In this document: positions 62,754 through 64,000 of the stretch, in pieces | How positions within the stretch are numbered: the first letter of the stretch is position 1 | Layout: the number at the start of each line of letters is the position of its first letter | Source: Bacteroidota bacterium | GTDB taxonomy: Bacteria > Bacteroidota > Bacteroidia > AKYH767-A > OLB10 | Direction: 5' to 3' | Assembly (NCBI GenBank): GCA_031418215.1 | Contig: JANOXC010000154.1 | Span: forward strand, 1,716 to 65,715 | Length of the DNA stretch: 64,000 nucleotides | The notes under the pieces: model-generated | What the model saw: the letters and a program-made list of their open reading frames with translations, nothing else | The model's database searches: none | Told to the model about the DNA's origin: nothing | Program-made: the position numbers and the translations under genes

Positions 62754-62875
62754 ATCGCAGCGAAATAGAAAAAATAAAACTCCTCGACGGCATGCAGCAG
62801 GCGCTTGAATTACCACATGGAGTACCAACAGATGCTGAGGTAGGTGTTGGGGAGAATTGGTTGGAAGCGCATTGA
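62754..62875 (+). repeat. diverged direct duplicate of the polA 3' end (last ~125 bp of the coding sequence)
   Basis: About 88% identical to 61883-62012, with a 6-bp indel. Still in frame, encoding ..LDGMQQALELPHGVPTDAEVGVGENWLEAH*. Confidence 0.75.
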
Positions 62876-62933
62876 AATGTATAGGCAATAAAATAGCGGT
62901 TATTTATTAGTTAGTGGAAATAACTGAAAAAAT

Positions 62934-63200
62934 CTAAGGGAATAATTTATATATATCCTTGCGATGAATTATTCTAGCAAAAATAACTTTCTGGTCTTCG
63001 AAAAAAAAACCAACTCGATAATCTCCAATACGAATTCGATACGCTGACTTATGCCCTACAAGTTTCTTGATTTTAGGAATATCATTAAGTCTTTCTGCTT
63101 TTTCAATTTGCCCAATTAATTTAACGAGACTCGCTTTAGTAGATTTCTGATTAATTGAATCTAGGTCTCTAGAAAAAATGCTTAAAAACTCAATTTTCAT
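62934..63200 (-). CDS. RelE/ParE family type II toxin
   Basis: 88 aa; ..HKSAYRIRIGDYRVGFFFEDQKVIFARIIHRKDIYK pattern of RelE/ParE toxins. 4-nt overlap with the upstream small gene. Confidence 0.6.
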   Translation of the reverse strand: MKIEFLSIFSRDLDSINQKSTKASLVKLIGQIEKAERLNDIPKIKKLVGHKSAYRIRIGDYRVGFFFEDQKVIFARIIHRKDIYKLFP

Positions 63201-63397
63201 TTAGAATTGAGCTTTTGCATAATACTTTCTTTGGTTGCCTTTTTAGTCTTGTCGACTGATTTAAGAAGTTTGGATAAACCAATATCTTCCAACTCCTCTT
63301 TCGACATCGTGGCAGAGGAAATACCTAGCTTCCTTAATAATTCACTTACGAATTTGAATTCAGTTGCAGTTCTGGGTCTTATTACGACAGCTTTCAT
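63197..63397 (-). CDS. putative antitoxin
   Basis: 66-aa gene immediately upstream of the toxin and overlapping it. No domain recognised. Confidence 0.45.
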   Translation of the reverse strand: MKAVVIRPRTATEFKFVSELLRKLGISSATMSKEELEDIGLSKLLKSVDKTKKATKESIMQKLNSK

Positions 63398-63678
63398 ATC
63401 GCAAATATAATGAAAAAAGGCACTTCCGCTAACACCAAGCAGCCGCCATACAGCATAACTCCCTATCTGTGCAAGACTTCAGTCTTGTGACTTTAAATTT
63501 ATTTCTAGAGGATATCATGAAAAGAAAACAGATCAATATTCAATAATTGTTTCTCATATGATAATTATTTTTGATCATCAATTCAATTACTGATTTTTAG
63601 GCACAAGTTTGACTTAACAAAACTCCTCAACGGCATCATTAAAAACCGTATTTTTCAGCAATGAATTAGTATCATTGA

Positions 63679-64000
63679 ATGATGAATAAAAAGAGTTTAT
63701 CTGAAAGAGACATCTGTACCAAGTTTATCACGCCTGCCATTGAAAAAGCCGGATGGGATAAGCAGACACAATTATTGGAGGAGGTTTCTTTTACTGATGG
63801 CAAAATTTATGTCAAGGGTAAACTAACCGCTCGCGGACAAGCTAAAAGAGCTGACTATATTTTATACTATAAAGCAAATATCCCCATTGCAATAGTTGAA
63901 GCAAAGGACAATAACCATACTGTTCGATCAGGAATACAGCAGGCTCTTGATTATGCCAAAATTCTTGATATCCCATCAGTTTTTAGTAGCAATGGCGATG
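63679..64000 (+). CDS. hsdR: type I restriction enzyme R subunit, partial (5' end)
   Basis: MMNKKSLSERDICTKFITPAIEKAGWD..EEVSFTDGKI..RGQAKRADYILYYKANIPIAIVEAKD is the canonical HsdR N-terminus. The gene runs off the end of the window. Confidence 0.8.
   Translation, partial: MMNKKSLSERDICTKFITPAIEKAGWDKQTQLLEEVSFTDGKIYVKGKLTARGQAKRADYILYYKANIPIAIVEAKDNNHTVRSGIQQALDYAKILDIPSVFSSNGD

Overview
The window reads as a chromosomal segment from a Bacteroidota genome, probably Chitinophagaceae- or Sphingobacteriia-like, at about 40% GC. This placement rests on several things: multiple T9SS C-terminal sorting domains, a bTHX ribosomal protein, the rimP-nusA-infB operon, and an ileS-dksA-lspA arrangement. 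Most of the window is housekeeping: dxr, rseP, scpA, lepA, metF, gmk, nadD, purQ, hemW, cysS and polA. There are also kynurenine-pathway genes (3-hydroxyanthranilate 3,4-dioxygenase, an aldehyde dehydrogenase and a cyclase/formamidase-like protein). Several features stand out. (i) An ECF sigma factor is translationally coupled to a membrane protein carrying a PKD domain and a type-B T9SS sorting domain, followed by two giant tandem paralogous T9SS type-B cargo proteins. (ii) Two paralogs of an unknown T9SS type-A cargo family are present. (iii) There is a family of small MITE-like elements with 16-17 bp terminal inverted repeats. (iv) There is a family of roughly 35-bp palindromic elements, plus a duplicated 110-bp unit flanked by 19-bp direct repeats. 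(v) A 24-bp tandem array sits inside the ileS operon, next to a DksA-like protein with a long lysine/proline-rich N-terminal extension. (vi) An IS transposase remnant lies next to a truncated T9SS gene and a structured region with a tRNA-like T-arm motif ending in a terminator. (vii) At the right end is a toxin-antitoxin and restriction-modification island. An MNT-HepT cassette, whose HepT carries an in-frame TGA, sits between two diverged direct copies of the last ~125 bp of polA. The downstream, detached copy is the one that keeps the canonical Pol I C-terminus. A RelE/ParE toxin-antitoxin pair and the start of a type I restriction enzyme hsdR follow. No CRISPR array, rRNA or canonical tRNA was found.
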